Source: a virus (taxonomy: Duplodnaviria > Heunggongvirae > Uroviricota > Caudoviricetes). From it: DNA of 14,391 bases. Below the pieces are notes generated by a model. The model had not been told where the DNA came from and did not search any database. It saw only the letters and a list, made by a program, of their open reading frames with translations. The DNA is taken from IMG/VR virus record IMGVR_UViG_3300033994_001334, positions 64,001-78,391 of that record. One strand, 5' to 3'. Shown here piece by piece: positions 13,686-14,391 of the stretch (the stretch's first letter is position 1; every line of letters starts with the position of its first letter). The position numbers and the translations under genes were made by a program.

Positions 13686-13713
13686 TTCTTGTTAAACCAA
13701 TAGAAAAAATAAA

Positions 13714-14076
13714 ATGAAAAAAGGAATTTTAATCGATGTTCATAACAGAACAATCACAGAAGTAGAAGTAACCAAAGATGAAAATGGTTCTCAATTACAA
13801 TCAATGTACAATCACATTAAATGTGGAATTGTGGAGTGTGTTGGTTTTGATGAAAAAAATGATGTGTGGGTTGATGAAGAGGGGTTATTAACTTTAACAC
13901 CCGATTCGATGTTTTTTAAATTTGAGGGGTATCCCGATTTTTTATGTGGTAATGGTTTGGTTATGGGTTTTGATAATGAAACGGGAGAAAGTGTTGATAC
14001 GACCTTAACTATTGATGAAGTAAAATCAATGGTAGAATTTCGTACACTAAACGAAGTAAGAAGACAGTTAGTTTAA
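13714..14076 (+). CDS. DUF3846-like protein (cassette 8)
   Basis: L..MY.HI.C..VE.V.....D.WVDEEGL...LCGNGLV matches my recollection of the DUF3846 (N/D)EEG pattern. Confidence 0.65.
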   Translation: MKKGILIDVHNRTITEVEVTKDENGSQLQSMYNHIKCGIVECVGFDEKNDVWVDEEGLLTLTPDSMFFKFEGYPDFLCGNGLVMGFDNETGESVDTTLTIDEVKSMVEFRTLNEVRRQLV

Positions 14077-14095
14077 TGTAATGTTTGGTTCATGG

Positions 14096-14128
14096 AAATT
14101 TCCTCACCGAAAGGTGGGGATTTTTTTT
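14096..14128 (+). terminator. Intrinsic terminator, cassette 8
   Basis: TCCTCACC-GAAA-GGTGGGGA plus T-run; near twin of cassette 5. Confidence 0.85.
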
Positions 14129-14171
14129 GCGCTAAAATTACTGGTGTTTGCGCATGGTGACTAGTCAGAAT

Positions 14172-14250
14172 GGAATTAGTTCGGCAACATTTAAATATGG
14201 TGTTGTTGCCCTTTTAATTTTCCTGGAGGACCTGTCGACTTCGACTCAAG
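14172..14250. repeat. Intergenic module I
   Basis: Left arm 14172-14187 (identical to module F), right arm TTGCCCTTTTAATTTTC from 14206, CGACTCAAG 14242-14250. Confidence 0.78.
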
Positions 14251-14267
14251 ATTCTATGTAAATATAA

Positions 14268-14313
14268 TGTGGATAACTTTTATTTTTTTATACCGAAAAT
14301 TAAACTACATTTG
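14268..14313 (+). promoter_or_regulatory. DnaA box plus promoter (cassette 9)
   Basis: TGTGGATAA 14268-14276; -33 element degenerate; TACATTTG 14306-14313. Confidence 0.75.
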
Positions 14314-14347
14314 TATCGTTGTAATAAACCAAACAACATTTAATTTT

Positions 14348-14391
14348 ATGAACATAATTAAAACATTAGAGTATTCAATGGACTACTCACA
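14348..14391 (+). CDS. 5' fragment of the cassette 9 gene
   Basis: ATG after the conserved leader; MNIIKTLEYSMDYS is open to the window end. Confidence 0.7.
   Translation, partial: MNIIKTLEYSMDYS

Noticed and set aside
8956-13703. ORFs 8956-9162, 9509-9712, 9516-9722, 11062-11259, 13364-13582, 13512-13703
   Set aside because: Antisense or out-of-frame, or they run through terminators, repeat modules and promoters.
9412-14222. Integron attC sites
   Set aside because: Arms do not match the RYYYAAC/GTTRRRY R-boxes, each cassette has its own promoter and terminator, and no integrase is in view.
8637-14276. Bacterial oriC (host chromosome origin)
   Set aside because: DnaA boxes are single, 570-1400 bp apart and tied to promoters, with no clustered array or dnaA/dnaN/gidA context.
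8575-14391. CRISPR array
   Set aside because: Repeats are degenerate multi-part modules separated by whole genes, not 25-45-nt constant repeats with short unique spacers; no cas gene in the window.

Overview
AT-rich segment of a large (jumbo-type) dsDNA phage genome, most likely infecting a Bacteroidota host. Host evidence: nine TTG-N19/20-TAnnTTTG sigma70-type promoters, no Shine-Dalgarno sites, lipobox proteins, and a signal peptide followed by Gln. The window is a divergent junction between two regimes. Left (1-8302): all genes are on the minus strand. Unit-leading genes carry a TATTTAT motif just upstream, and many proteins share an N-terminal leader (K-I-I-x-T-E-S-Q-L-K or I-x-R-I-K-x-x-M...INE) fused to unrelated cargo. 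This arm includes a holin-like TM+GAF protein, a pre-toxin-hairpin protein, a SET-domain protein and an outer-membrane beta-barrel candidate. Junction (8320-8640): A-tract repeats phased at 53 bp and a six-tract G-rich run. Right (8575-14391): nine plus-strand cassettes (the last truncated) of 1-2 small genes, each built as inverted GGCAA/TTGCC arms (often with CGTATGACA) - DnaA box or A-tract - promoter - AAACCAAAC leader - gene - hairpin terminator, with helically phased spacing. Right-arm coding DNA is almost free of the GpC dinucleotide (2 Ala in 1075 aa), while GpC survives almost only in the repeated arms and two small islands. No GATC was seen anywhere in the window. All counts were made by eye; protein family calls are from recalled motifs, not database searches.
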